Below, in pieces: positions 1 to 8,356 of a stretch of DNA of 61,861 bases. The DNA is from a virus. Lineage: Duplodnaviria; Caudoviricetes. The notes beneath the pieces were generated by a model. The model saw only the letters and a program-made list of their open reading frames with translations. It did not search any database and was not told the DNA's origin. The number at the start of each line of letters is the position of its first letter. The stretch's first letter is position 1. The stretch spans positions 1-61,861 of IMG/VR virus record IMGVR_UViG_3300006919_000055, one strand, 5' to 3'. The position numbers were made by a program, and so were the translations under genes.

Positions 1-51
1 GCGGGAATACCTGTTTCAACGTACTTCATAATTTTTTAATAAATTAAAATT

Positions 52-267
52 TTAGTTGGAGTAAACTCCTTCTTGGTTAAAAAAATCTTTAGCGTCTCCG
101 GTAAGTTCTATATCGCGGGTAACTTCAGCAAGCTCAATCGTATCTAAATAAACTTCCATGTTGTTCCAGTGTTCTTCGTTGATTTCGTCGAGCGTCATGG
201 CGGAAATAATTTTTTCGTCATAAGAATCGGGGGTAATAAATTCTAATTTTACAGTAAGCTTTTTCAT
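52..267 (-). CDS. hypothetical acidic phage protein
   Basis: 71-aa ORF in a tightly packed minus-strand run. Confidence 0.6.
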   Translation of the reverse strand: MKKLTVKLEFITPDSYDEKIISAMTLDEINEEHWNNMEVYLDTIELAEVTRDIELTGDAKDFFNQEGVYSN

Positions 268-270
268 GAT

Positions 271-462
271 TTATAAGTAAACATTTTTTACTATATTAAC
301 TGCTATCTCGTTTCTTGCAGCTTCAGATGCTAGATTGATTTGAGAGTCTTTATACATTTCTAAAACATCTTTTACTTTGTTGATAAGTTGCATTTCGCGT
401 TGGTGACGATCATCGAGAACATCTTGAATTGGTGCGGATGGATTAATAGGTGTTATTTTCAT
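271..462 (-). CDS. hypothetical phage protein
   Basis: 63-aa ORF abutting neighbours; SQINLASEAAR motif recalls small marine-phage proteins. Confidence 0.65.
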   Translation of the reverse strand: MKITPINPSAPIQDVLDDRHQREMQLINKVKDVLEMYKDSQINLASEAARNEIAVNIVKNVYL

Positions 463-654
463 TTAGAAACAATCTTCGTGGTTGTAATTTTCCACCACTT
501 CCATATCTACTTCAAAAGAACTATCAACATAATCTGCGTTGGTTGGTAGCTCGCCGTGAAGGCGAGCGGTTTCGATGGCAGCGTCGAGCGAGTCAGCCTC
601 GACCTCCATCACGCCGTACATTTCCCATGCACAAGGTATTTTATATTTTTTCAT
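463..654 (-). CDS. hypothetical phage protein
   Basis: 63-aa ORF; EVEADSLDAAIE motif common in small early phage proteins. Confidence 0.7.
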   Translation of the reverse strand: MKKYKIPCAWEMYGVMEVEADSLDAAIETARLHGELPTNADYVDSSFEVDMEVVENYNHEDCF

Positions 655-655
655 T

Positions 656-877
656 CTAATAATCTTTCTTGGCTTGGTTTTTATCGTAACTATAAGCTTT
701 GTATAGTTGGTTGGTTTCTAAGTCCCACTTCTTTGTTGTGGCCTTAATAATTTCATGATCATTTACATCAAGGTCGCAAACTTCTATGTTTAAGTTTTCG
801 GGAGTGCGGTCACTCCGCACTTCCAAGACTGTCCCGTATTGAACTTTGATATAAATTTTAATTTGTTCGCCGCTCAT
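656..877 (-). CDS. hypothetical protein
   Basis: 73-aa ORF preceded by TTTACA-17-TATAGT. Confidence 0.6.
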   Translation of the reverse strand: MSGEQIKIYIKVQYGTVLEVRSDRTPENLNIEVCDLDVNDHEIIKATTKKWDLETNQLYKAYSYDKNQAKKDY

Positions 878-925
878 TGTTTTAATACTATATATACTTT
901 ATAAAGTTTTGTAAAGGATAAAATG

Positions 926-958
926 AAAAAAAATGCCCCGTAAAAAACGGGGCTTTTT
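926..958. terminator. intrinsic terminator, probably bidirectional
   Basis: GCCCCGT-AAAAA-ACGGGGC hairpin (935-953) flanked by A and T runs. Confidence 0.75.
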
Positions 959-973
959 AATCTTTTAAGAAAT

Positions 974-1252
974 TTAATTTTCACTTTCTTTTAATTTGAT
1001 TTCTTCTTCTAGCTCCTCAATATAATTACCATTCCAAGTATAATTGGGTTTGAATTCTGTAAGAACTTTTCCTTTAGATGCTTTTACAAACTTTAATGTG
1101 CCTTTAGTACCTTTTAGTACGTCAATATCCTGTATTTTTACTAAGGCTTTTCTTTTTTGATTAGGGCAACAAGAAGAGTCAACAACATCAAGTAAAAAAT
1201 GATCTGCTCCGCGTGGAGGTTTAGGTATGTAAACGCCTGAAACTTTTCTCAT
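974..1252 (-). CDS. hypothetical protein
   Basis: 92-aa ORF between two terminators. Confidence 0.6.
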   Translation of the reverse strand: MRKVSGVYIPKPPRGADHFLLDVVDSSCCPNQKRKALVKIQDIDVLKGTKGTLKFVKASKGKVLTEFKPNYTWNGNYIEELEEEIKLKESEN

Positions 1253-1289
1253 GAAGATATATTTATAATAAAATTAAAAAAACTCAATT

Positions 1290-1327
1290 AAAAAAAGACG
1301 TAGGGGTGAAAGGGGAACCCCTACGCC
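1290..1327 (-). terminator. intrinsic terminator with 11-nt pyrimidine-rich loop
   Basis: Minus-strand GGCGUAGGGG-UUCCCCUUUCA-CCCCUACGUC followed by U7. Confidence 0.8.
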
Positions 1328-1343
1328 TTTTGGTTGGGTTGCC

Positions 1344-2402
1344 CTAGTTAGCGTTGGCAGACGCAAGGCGAGTGTAATCGTATGATTCCCAATTCTTTTG
1401 TTTAACAAGTTTTTTAATCTTTACTCCCACAAACCAATTAATGCAAGAGTAAATTGTTTTAGCATACAAATCATCGTATCCGGTTCCTTTTTTACCTCTA
1501 GCTGATGATTGAGCGTTGCTGTTAAGAACGTAATCTCTAAGTTTTAATACTGTATAGTCTGCATCATTTGTTGCTTGACCTGAAACGAAAACCTTTAGAA
1601 AATCTTCGCAAGATTTTACATTGGTCATAGCGAAACGAACGAGAGCGTTTACAACAGCGGTTTTTCTTAATTTTTTGAGATTCTCAGCCGAGCAGGGGTA
1701 ATCACTCTTAGCAATAGTGAGATAACTCAAGACGGTGTAAACTGCTTCTTTATTTTCTACGAGAAAAGATTCTACTTCTTCGTCAGTAGGATCAGAAGAT
1801 GCACACACTACCATTTGGCCTTCGGGCTTTAGATAGTGCTTGAGGATTCGCTTGGCAACATCACTAGCAATTCTGGCTGAAGTAGCGTTAGGTACAATAT
1901 GAGGGTAGTTCATCATTAGATGATCTTTTTGCGAGCGAATTTGTTGCCGATCTATTTTAACTTTAATCTCTGGCTCTCTACCGGAAGCTACATCAAAATT
2001 AACATCAAAACTATCATCATCACTAAGATGTTTAGCTAGAAGTAACGCAAGGATACGATGTTGAGCATCGACCAAAGCATAACCGTTTTTCTTGTTGCCA
2101 AACTTAACTGTGTCGCCCGTACTCATCCAATTACCGGAAAGCATATCTTTAAGCAGATTAACAGCTTTACCTAATTTAATAGGTCTATTTTCGGGATTAT
2201 AATAAGATAAAATATTAAGAAGAGTGTCTTTTGAAAGTGAGGCTGCTTCAGTCAACTTGGGAGCGTCATCCATGAAGGGGTGAGCGGGAAGAGCTTCGTT
2301 AGACTTTAAATATTCTTGACGGCGCGTTTGACAGTCCGTGTTCAGGTCGAGGCCAAGAGCCTCTTTGATATACTTTTTAGTAATATTAGTTGGGTTAGTC
2401 AT
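1344..2402 (-). CDS. ParB/DGQHR-like domain protein
   Basis: N-terminal NRP...DMLSGNW...LVDAQHRILA resembles the DGQHR signature of ParB-like phage proteins. Confidence 0.6.
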   Translation of the reverse strand: MTNPTNITKKYIKEALGLDLNTDCQTRRQEYLKSNEALPAHPFMDDAPKLTEAASLSKDTLLNILSYYNPENRPIKLGKAVNLLKDMLSGNWMSTGDTVKFGNKKNGYALVDAQHRILALLLAKHLSDDDSFDVNFDVASGREPEIKVKIDRQQIRSQKDHLMMNYPHIVPNATSARIASDVAKRILKHYLKPEGQMVVCASSDPTDEEVESFLVENKEAVYTVLSYLTIAKSDYPCSAENLKKLRKTAVVNALVRFAMTNVKSCEDFLKVFVSGQATNDADYTVLKLRDYVLNSNAQSSARGKKGTGYDDLYAKTIYSCINWFVGVKIKKLVKQKNWESYDYTRLASANAN

Positions 2403-2437
2403 GGGTTTGTTTAATTAAATTATTAATAAATTAAATT

Positions 2438-3235
2438 TTAGCCGAGTCCATTTTCGTTTAAGGCAGCTTGATACCCAGCATCATAAGAATCTTCGTCGTA
2501 ATCCTCAGAGTCAAAGTAGTCATCAACGAGAGGTTCTTCTAATTTCTTCTCAAAATGACCGACAACTTTGTATTTTGCTGTACGGAGTTTTTGACAGTCG
2601 CAATCTTTTGGTACGGAAACAACGTCAGCAGGATTAATTTCCACAATCATTAGATTTCCACCGTTACCGAAACCGCGAGCGTACTCCAAACTGCCAGCGT
2701 GAAAGCCAGCAGAACAACCTTGATCAGCGTCATCACAAACGCCTGAACGGCGCATCTCTTGAACGTCACCAACGTTATTAGAAAATTTGCCTGTGTGCCA
2801 ATCCTTAAAATTGTCATCTACGCTCTTGTAGGCGAGAAAATTGCCATCGGGAGTCAATGGCATATTCTTGTGTTCCAAGAAAGTGTAAAGCTCATTGATG
2901 GCGCGACGAGAGGGGTTCTCCATTAGTTTGTCGAGAAAACGAACGAGTGGGCCATAAGGAAGTCCTTCGCGCATAAAATCCAAAAGACGGTCTACCACAT
3001 GATTATGAATTTCTTCTCCATCGTAATAAACAACGCCGTGATCAACGGTAACTTTGCCATCACTATAACTAGGAACTGCCTTGCCAATATCAAATAAATC
3101 TTCTAGCTTATCGAACTCTTCCGCTTTAACAGCGGCTACGGCATGATCCCAATTAACGTGATCCTTGTTCATAGTTTGAGCTTTGCCGTTGATTACTACG
3201 GTGAGAGAAGATTCGGTTAGGATAAATGGAGTCAT
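2438..3235 (-). CDS. rIIB: rIIB-like protein
   Basis: LYTFLEHKNMPLTPDGNFLAYK, CSAGFHAGS, VEINPADVVSVP and KLRTAKYKVV motifs; follows rIIA. Confidence 0.9.
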   Translation of the reverse strand: MTPFILTESSLTVVINGKAQTMNKDHVNWDHAVAAVKAEEFDKLEDLFDIGKAVPSYSDGKVTVDHGVVYYDGEEIHNHVVDRLLDFMREGLPYGPLVRFLDKLMENPSRRAINELYTFLEHKNMPLTPDGNFLAYKSVDDNFKDWHTGKFSNNVGDVQEMRRSGVCDDADQGCSAGFHAGSLEYARGFGNGGNLMIVEINPADVVSVPKDCDCQKLRTAKYKVVGHFEKKLEEPLVDDYFDSEDYDEDSYDAGYQAALNENGLG

Positions 3236-3266
3236 GTTTAGTTCGCTTTCGTTATTATGTTTAAGA

Positions 3267-3294
3267 CAATACAGAATTTATAATTTTGAGTCAA
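3267..3294 (-). promoter_or_regulatory. sigma70-type promoter for rIIB
   Basis: TTGACT-17-TATTGT on the minus strand (coordinates approximate). Confidence 0.6.
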
Positions 3295-3339
3295 TCTTTT
3301 TCTTGGTTTTTTTTGCTATCTTGAGATGGGTAATTTTTT

Positions 3340-3383
3340 AAAAGGGAGACGCGGAAACAACCTACTTGAACCGCGCCCCCCTT
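3340..3383 (-). terminator. GC-rich hairpin after rIIA with a 16-nt loop
   Basis: 13-bp stem with two G-U pairs that form only on the minus strand, then a short U run. Confidence 0.7.
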
Positions 3384-3396
3384 GACTCGTAAAAAC

Positions 3397-5595
3397 CTAC
3401 CTTTTACGAGAAATATCGGCTAAATCAACCACATTTATGTAATTAATGGTATCTTTAAAAGCCTCTTGATCGGGCTTGAAATTATACTTAAATCTCCAAC
3501 CATCAACGTGTTTTAACATGGAGTATTTTTTGTTAAATTTCTCCAACATTTTGGACAAATCGTGAGTAGGAGGAGCATCTTCAGCTAAAGTTAGATTAAA
3601 GGTTCTAGCAATGTCATGAGCCTCGTCAATAATTTGAGCATCGTCTTTGTGATACATCAAGATTTGAGCGTCAACAAATTGTTTAGCCAATGAATCTTCT
3701 TTGATGATATTCGCAGACAAAGTTTCAAAATCAGAATCATGACGGTCAATATCAAAAGCATACTCAAGACTCTTAACTTCGGCACGGTCTACGACCATTT
3801 GAGATAGGTTTTTGGCTTCGATCAACTCCAAAGCTTTATTCTTTGCCCAAGTATATAAGTCAGTCCAATTAGGGTCATTTCTAAGAGACTCAACTTTTTT
3901 GGTTTGAGTAGCCTTTACTCCGTAAACATCTACGTCTAAAGTGTCATCGAGAACTTTTAATTTTTTAATAAATTGAACAATTACGTTTGCTTTATGTAGA
4001 GAGACATCTCCTTCATATAAAATTTTAGACTTGTAAGCATCCAATTCAACGTAAATACCTTCAGAGGGTAACTCTTCGCAAATTTCCCAGTGTTGAGATT
4101 GATTCCTGTCTCCCAAAATGTAATTGGGTTCATCCCAACTAACAAACTTGAAAAGCTTTTTGTTGGACTTAGGGTTGCTAGTACCGGAACCTCCAACGTA
4201 GCTGGCGCGTCCGTAGCCCCACTCAGAAAAGTCAGTAAGCTTGTTCTTTGGAAGCTCAGACAATTTAACGACTTTAGCGTCAAATCCGGTTTCTTTTACA
4301 TATTCTTTACGCGCTTCGTTGTCTTTGAAGCGGATCATGTAAACCTTCTTGTTCTCTTTGAGAAGCATAGGTAAAACGCGACCAAGAGTGCCGTTAGGAC
4401 GGAGCATATCGTTTTCAACGATAACGGTATCACGATCACAACTAATAGAGTGCTTGTCTGTGGGGCGATACTTTCCGGTGCGTCCTTTAGTGAATTGACT
4501 TATGCTTACCTTTTTGCCGTGAGCGTGAAAAGTATTGCACTCAACAAGTTGGCCTTTCCACTTGAGGTTCTTGCCTATAACGCGGTGCAAGTCGTAAAGA
4601 TTGCTGGAGTAGTCGAAAGTCGCGCCATAGAGGCATTTCGCGTCAAAAAGAGTATCGCAACCAGCAAAGCTACTCGTAATGCTTGCCATAATCTCTGCCA
4701 AGGCTACCTTGAGCTTCTTTTTAATATTCTTCTTAGTGTAGTCGGTGTATTGAAGCTTTTCGCGAGAAGCAGCAATTTCTAAATCTCCAATCTCAAAATT
4801 AAGAACAAGATTGCGAGTAAGAATGTCATCAATATCGCCATCGTCCTCAGTGAAATTTAGAGAGTGGCGATCAACAGGGTAAGCGATGTTACCCATAACT
4901 GCCATTGCACTGTGGTTTTGAGTGCCAAGATAGCTCCATCCATCTCCTTCGTACAATACGTCTGCATCCTCGATCTTGCTTCCACCGTGAATAATTGGGC
5001 GAGGATTAAACCAGCGGTAAAAATCCATCGCGGTTTCTTTGAAAGAATCAATATCATCACTTTTAATAGCGATAACAATTTCTAAACCATTCTTTTCGTC
5101 GGTATTTTCTGTTCCCAACTTGCTAATCTTACCGAGTCCAGAGGGATCAAGATAAGCGTTATGAATGTGTTTTACGCCATCAATGTAAGAATGAATAACA
5201 AAATTATCACCATAAGCAAATGCGCTTTTTGATCCAAGACCTAATTGTCCTGTAACCGCATTGGATTGACGCTTGGTGGACTCGCCATAAAAAGCATAAA
5301 CATCTTGAATCTCACTATCATTAAGAGCAAGACCAAAATCTCTAATTTTAAAAGTAGGAGAAAGCTTAGTGGGAAGAGTAATTTCAATAGGGGTATCAGC
5401 AATACCCGCTTCTACATGAGCGTCTGCCGCGTTTGTAGAATACTCGCGAATGATAGCGAGTTCTTTATCAGAATAAAGTTGGTTTCGGAGAACATTAAAA
5501 AGATGAGGAAGTCCGTCAGATTTAATTCCAAAAGTAACGGAGTTCTCAATTCCTGAAGTCGTAACGCTTTTTGTGTTTGTAGGTTGTTGTATCAT
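3397..5595 (-). CDS. rIIA: rIIA-like protein with N-terminal GHKL ATPase domain
   Basis: LYSDKELAIIREYSTNAADAH, IRDFGLAL, GESTKR, GQLGLGSKSAFAY, ASREKLQY motifs. Confidence 0.9.
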   Translation of the reverse strand: MIQQPTNTKSVTTSGIENSVTFGIKSDGLPHLFNVLRNQLYSDKELAIIREYSTNAADAHVEAGIADTPIEITLPTKLSPTFKIRDFGLALNDSEIQDVYAFYGESTKRQSNAVTGQLGLGSKSAFAYGDNFVIHSYIDGVKHIHNAYLDPSGLGKISKLGTENTDEKNGLEIVIAIKSDDIDSFKETAMDFYRWFNPRPIIHGGSKIEDADVLYEGDGWSYLGTQNHSAMAVMGNIAYPVDRHSLNFTEDDGDIDDILTRNLVLNFEIGDLEIAASREKLQYTDYTKKNIKKKLKVALAEIMASITSSFAGCDTLFDAKCLYGATFDYSSNLYDLHRVIGKNLKWKGQLVECNTFHAHGKKVSISQFTKGRTGKYRPTDKHSISCDRDTVIVENDMLRPNGTLGRVLPMLLKENKKVYMIRFKDNEARKEYVKETGFDAKVVKLSELPKNKLTDFSEWGYGRASYVGGSGTSNPKSNKKLFKFVSWDEPNYILGDRNQSQHWEICEELPSEGIYVELDAYKSKILYEGDVSLHKANVIVQFIKKLKVLDDTLDVDVYGVKATQTKKVESLRNDPNWTDLYTWAKNKALELIEAKNLSQMVVDRAEVKSLEYAFDIDRHDSDFETLSANIIKEDSLAKQFVDAQILMYHKDDAQIIDEAHDIARTFNLTLAEDAPPTHDLSKMLEKFNKKYSMLKHVDGWRFKYNFKPDQEAFKDTINYINVVDLADISRKR

Positions 5596-5696
5596 GGTAG
5601 GTTGTTTTTGGATTGATTAGATGCCCCACTCGCCAAACCAGAATGGAGAGGAGCCGAGTATTAATGCTATTACTAAGAACGTCATGGTAGGTTGTT
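5579..5696 (-). repeat. three copies of AACAACCTAC around the start codons of rIIA and the upstream small ORF
   Basis: Plus-strand GTAGGTTGTT at 5579-5588, 5597-5606 and 5687-5696. Confidence 0.85.
5617..5685 (-). CDS. 22-aa hydrophobic peptide (MTFLVIALILGSSPFWFGEWGI)
   Basis: Shares the ACAACCTACC-ATG start context with rIIA; lies downstream of a TTGACC-17-TAAGCT promoter. Confidence 0.55.
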   Translation of the reverse strand: MTFLVIALILGSSPFWFGEWGI

Positions 5697-5758
5697 GTCT
5701 TACTGTTGAGCATAGCTTAATACTTTAATAAGTTTAGGTCAAGGACTTTTTTAATTTT

Positions 5759-5953
5759 TTAATAATTGTTTTGTTTTTCCCTTAAACGCGAGATAAAAAG
5801 AGACTTACGATTCTTTTCGTATTTCTTTCTACTGGGCTTTTCATAGCGACTTCTATCTCTACATTCTTGTATAATGCCAGAACGTAAAACTTGTTTTTTA
5901 AATCTACGCAACGCGCCTTCAACGTTGCCCTTTTCTACTTTTGATTCAATCAT
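5759..5953 (-). CDS. rpsU: 30S ribosomal protein bS21
   Basis: 64 aa, basic; VEGALRRFKKQV..SGIIQECRDRSRYEKPS is the bS21 signature. Confidence 0.9.
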   Translation of the reverse strand: MIESKVEKGNVEGALRRFKKQVLRSGIIQECRDRSRYEKPSRKKYEKNRKSLFISRLREKQNNY

Positions 5954-6089
5954 CTTTTAGGTTTTTATTTATTTTATTTTTTAATATTTTAGCTTTTACT
6001 TTTTCTGGAAGAGAGTCAAATTTAATAATCTTCTTCTTCCAAAATCTTATATAGTCATCCTCTGATATTTGGCACTTTTTCGTTTGCAT
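5946..6089 (-). CDS. 47-aa basic hypothetical protein
   Basis: MQTKKCQISEDDYIRFWKKK...; fills the gap between sigma and rpsU and overlaps the rpsU start. Confidence 0.5.
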   Translation of the reverse strand: MQTKKCQISEDDYIRFWKKKIIKFDSLPEKVKAKILKNKINKNLKDD

Positions 6090-6094
6090 TTAAA

Positions 6095-6976
6095 CTATTT
6101 CATTTTATATTTTTTAATCCAAAACCTTAACTTTCTCAGTGCAGCTTCCTCTATTTGTCTTATTCTTTCTCTGGTAACTCTAAATCTTATTCCTATTTTC
6201 TCTAACGTTTCATAGTTTTTATTTTTTAATCCAAATCTATACTCAATTATAGCTCTTTCTCTGCGGTTTAGTTTTTTCAAACACAACTCTAGGATATTAT
6301 TGTCGCTACTTATGGACGCTAAAGAATCTGGAGTTTTAACAAGTACGTCCGGTATAGTGTCAGAAAGTGTGCTATTTGATTCCTCACTAGACGGTGGGGG
6401 AGAATCGAGTGAAAGCGTTGACTTGTCAGCATCCAAAAGGATAGACAGCTTAATTCGACATAAATTAAAATGCTCACATATTTCAGAGGAGCTAGGTGGT
6501 CTTGTATTCTTCTCTGTGAAGTCGTTAATAAAGTTGCGTACTTTTTTCTGTTGATCTATTAATCCAACCGGAAGTCTAATTGTGCGGCTTTTATTTGAAA
6601 GCCCTCTTCTTATTGCCTGTTTTATCCAATAAGAGCAATAAGTAGAGAAACGAGTGCCATGAGACGGATCAAATCTTTCAGCCGCTTTGATAAGCCCAAA
6701 ATTTCCTTCGCATACAAGGTCGGCAAAATCTAAACCTAAATTTCTGTAATCTTTAGCAATCTTAATTACTAATCTTAAATTGCATTCCACAAGAGTTTTT
6801 AGTGCTGCTCGACCATTTTTTCGAGTCTGCTGACCTGCTTTTGGAAAGTCTTTCCACGCTCTTATTTTGCGTCCAATCTCTTGCTCTTCTTTTTTAGAAA
6901 GAAGGGGATGCTCCGATAGATTAGTAAAGTATGAGTCAAGAGTAGCTTGCGGCGGGGGCGGAGTAGCTTCATTCAT
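6095..6976 (-). CDS. RpoD/RpoS-like sigma70 factor
   Basis: Region 1.2 (LLSKKEEQE), region 2 (NLRLVIKIAK..DLVCEGNFGLIKAAERFDP..RFSTYCSYWIKQAI), region 4 (TLEKIG..VTRERIRQIEEAALRKLR). Confidence 0.95.
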   Translation of the reverse strand: MNEATPPPPQATLDSYFTNLSEHPLLSKKEEQEIGRKIRAWKDFPKAGQQTRKNGRAALKTLVECNLRLVIKIAKDYRNLGLDFADLVCEGNFGLIKAAERFDPSHGTRFSTYCSYWIKQAIRRGLSNKSRTIRLPVGLIDQQKKVRNFINDFTEKNTRPPSSSEICEHFNLCRIKLSILLDADKSTLSLDSPPPSSEESNSTLSDTIPDVLVKTPDSLASISSDNNILELCLKKLNRRERAIIEYRFGLKNKNYETLEKIGIRFRVTRERIRQIEEAALRKLRFWIKKYKMK

Positions 6977-7020
6977 GAAGCAGCAATATTATATATATTA
7001 TAGAAAAATGTCAATTATTT

Positions 7021-7320
7021 TTAGAATAAATCTGTAAAAGGAGATTCGCCTTCATCGAATGACTTGTCTGGTTCTAATTTACATTTAAATTCATAACCAT
7101 CCATTTTAATCATGAAAGTCATTTTCTTTCCTTGGGCGTAATCATTTAATATTTTATACAAACATTCGTGACAGTAAATTTTATTTTTATATTTAAAATA
7201 AACTATTTTCTTGTTTTCGTACAAAATTTTATAATCACTAGCAGTATAAGAAATGCCACAAGAAGAACACTTGATCCTTCTTTTGCGATTATCTGGATTT
7301 ATTACTTCTGCACAAAACAT
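7021..7320 (-). CDS. putative zinc-finger protein
   Basis: CSSC and CHEC pairs. Confidence 0.55.
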   Translation of the reverse strand: MFCAEVINPDNRKRRIKCSSCGISYTASDYKILYENKKIVYFKYKNKIYCHECLYKILNDYAQGKKMTFMIKMDGYEFKCKLEPDKSFDEGESPFTDLF

Positions 7321-7363
7321 TCATAGTAATTTACAGTTAAAAACGTAATAAAACACTAAAATA

Positions 7364-7468
7364 TTATTTTTTTTTATATAAAGAAGCAAATAAGAAAAGG
7401 CAAATAGAGATTATGCCCCATTTTATTGAAGTTAACTTACTGTTTATTTCAGTTATTTGATCTTCCAT
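7364..7468 (-). CDS. 34-aa single-pass membrane peptide
   Basis: MEDQITEINSKLTSIKWGIISICLFLFASLYKKK; starts immediately after the upstream stop. Confidence 0.5.
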   Translation of the reverse strand: MEDQITEINSKLTSIKWGIISICLFLFASLYKKK

Positions 7469-7894
7469 TTAAAGTAAATCCTCGTCCATACCATCATCAT
7501 CTTCGTAAAAATCTGACTCATCCATCTCGTCTAAAGATTCTTTATCGCGTTTGGCGGTGCATTTCTCTACAAAAAGAGAAAGGTTTCCGTATCCTGCGTT
7601 CCTTAATGATAATTGCGTTAAGGTAGTAAAATGTAAATCTAAATCATCTTCTTTGCCCTTTTCATGCGCCCAAATAATAGGGCCAAAAGAAGAAAAAAAG
7701 TGTTTAATAAAAGTTTTTGATGAAGTGTTGTCGTGACCGGATCGCGCTTTACAATTATTTACTACTTCTTCGGTAGCTCTTGTCATCGCCTCCATTGCCA
7801 CATCGGAAACTTTATCATAGTCAGAATCATCTACCTCAAAAACTTTTTTATACATTCCCGTAGACAAGGGAGACTTTACAATTATTTGGCGCAT
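7469..7894 (-). CDS. hypothetical protein with acidic C-terminus
   Basis: 141-aa ORF. Confidence 0.65.
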   Translation of the reverse strand: MRQIIVKSPLSTGMYKKVFEVDDSDYDKVSDVAMEAMTRATEEVVNNCKARSGHDNTSSKTFIKHFFSSFGPIIWAHEKGKEDDLDLHFTTLTQLSLRNAGYGNLSLFVEKCTAKRDKESLDEMDESDFYEDDDGMDEDLL

Positions 7895-7896
7895 AG

Positions 7897-8124
7897 CTAA
7901 TTGTTTTTAGGATTGATGTTGGGCGTGGAATAAGAGAGGGTATAACCTGCACCCGCAGAGTTTTCATTTACATCTATCCAATTTAAATTATTTAAATTAC
8001 ACTCGATCTGAGGAGAGATTTGGTCTAAGGAGTGTGATTGGACTGAACAATTAGAGTCACCATCTTTCAAGAAGAAAACTGTAAATTCATTTCCACAGTG
8101 GGTTTTTATCTTACCCTTGTACAT
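7897..8124 (-). CDS. hypothetical protein
   Basis: 75-aa ORF with TTGACC-17-TACATT-6-ATG upstream. Confidence 0.6.
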   Translation of the reverse strand: MYKGKIKTHCGNEFTVFFLKDGDSNCSVQSHSLDQISPQIECNLNNLNWIDVNENSAGAGYTLSYSTPNINPKNN

Positions 8125-8161
8125 TGATCAAATGTAGTAAAATTATGTTATTTGGTCAATG

Positions 8162-8356
8162 TTATTTCTTATATTTTTTAATAAATTGCCTTGCGCTTCC
8201 CGTGTCTAATCTATTTAAAAATCCTTGAAGAAGTTTTTGAGCCTGATCTTCAGTTAATTCAACTTGTTCGTATATGGCTTTTCCTCTAAAAACGCCTTGA
8301 GGGGTGCGTTTTTCGTGGCTAGAGTCGTATCCGGTTTCTAAGGTTATTTTTATCAC
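8162..8356 (-). CDS. hypothetical protein
   Basis: 64-aa ORF overlapping the upstream stop (GTGA). Confidence 0.55.
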   Translation of the reverse strand: MIKITLETGYDSSHEKRTPQGVFRGKAIYEQVELTEDQAQKLLQGFLNRLDTGSARQFIKKYKK

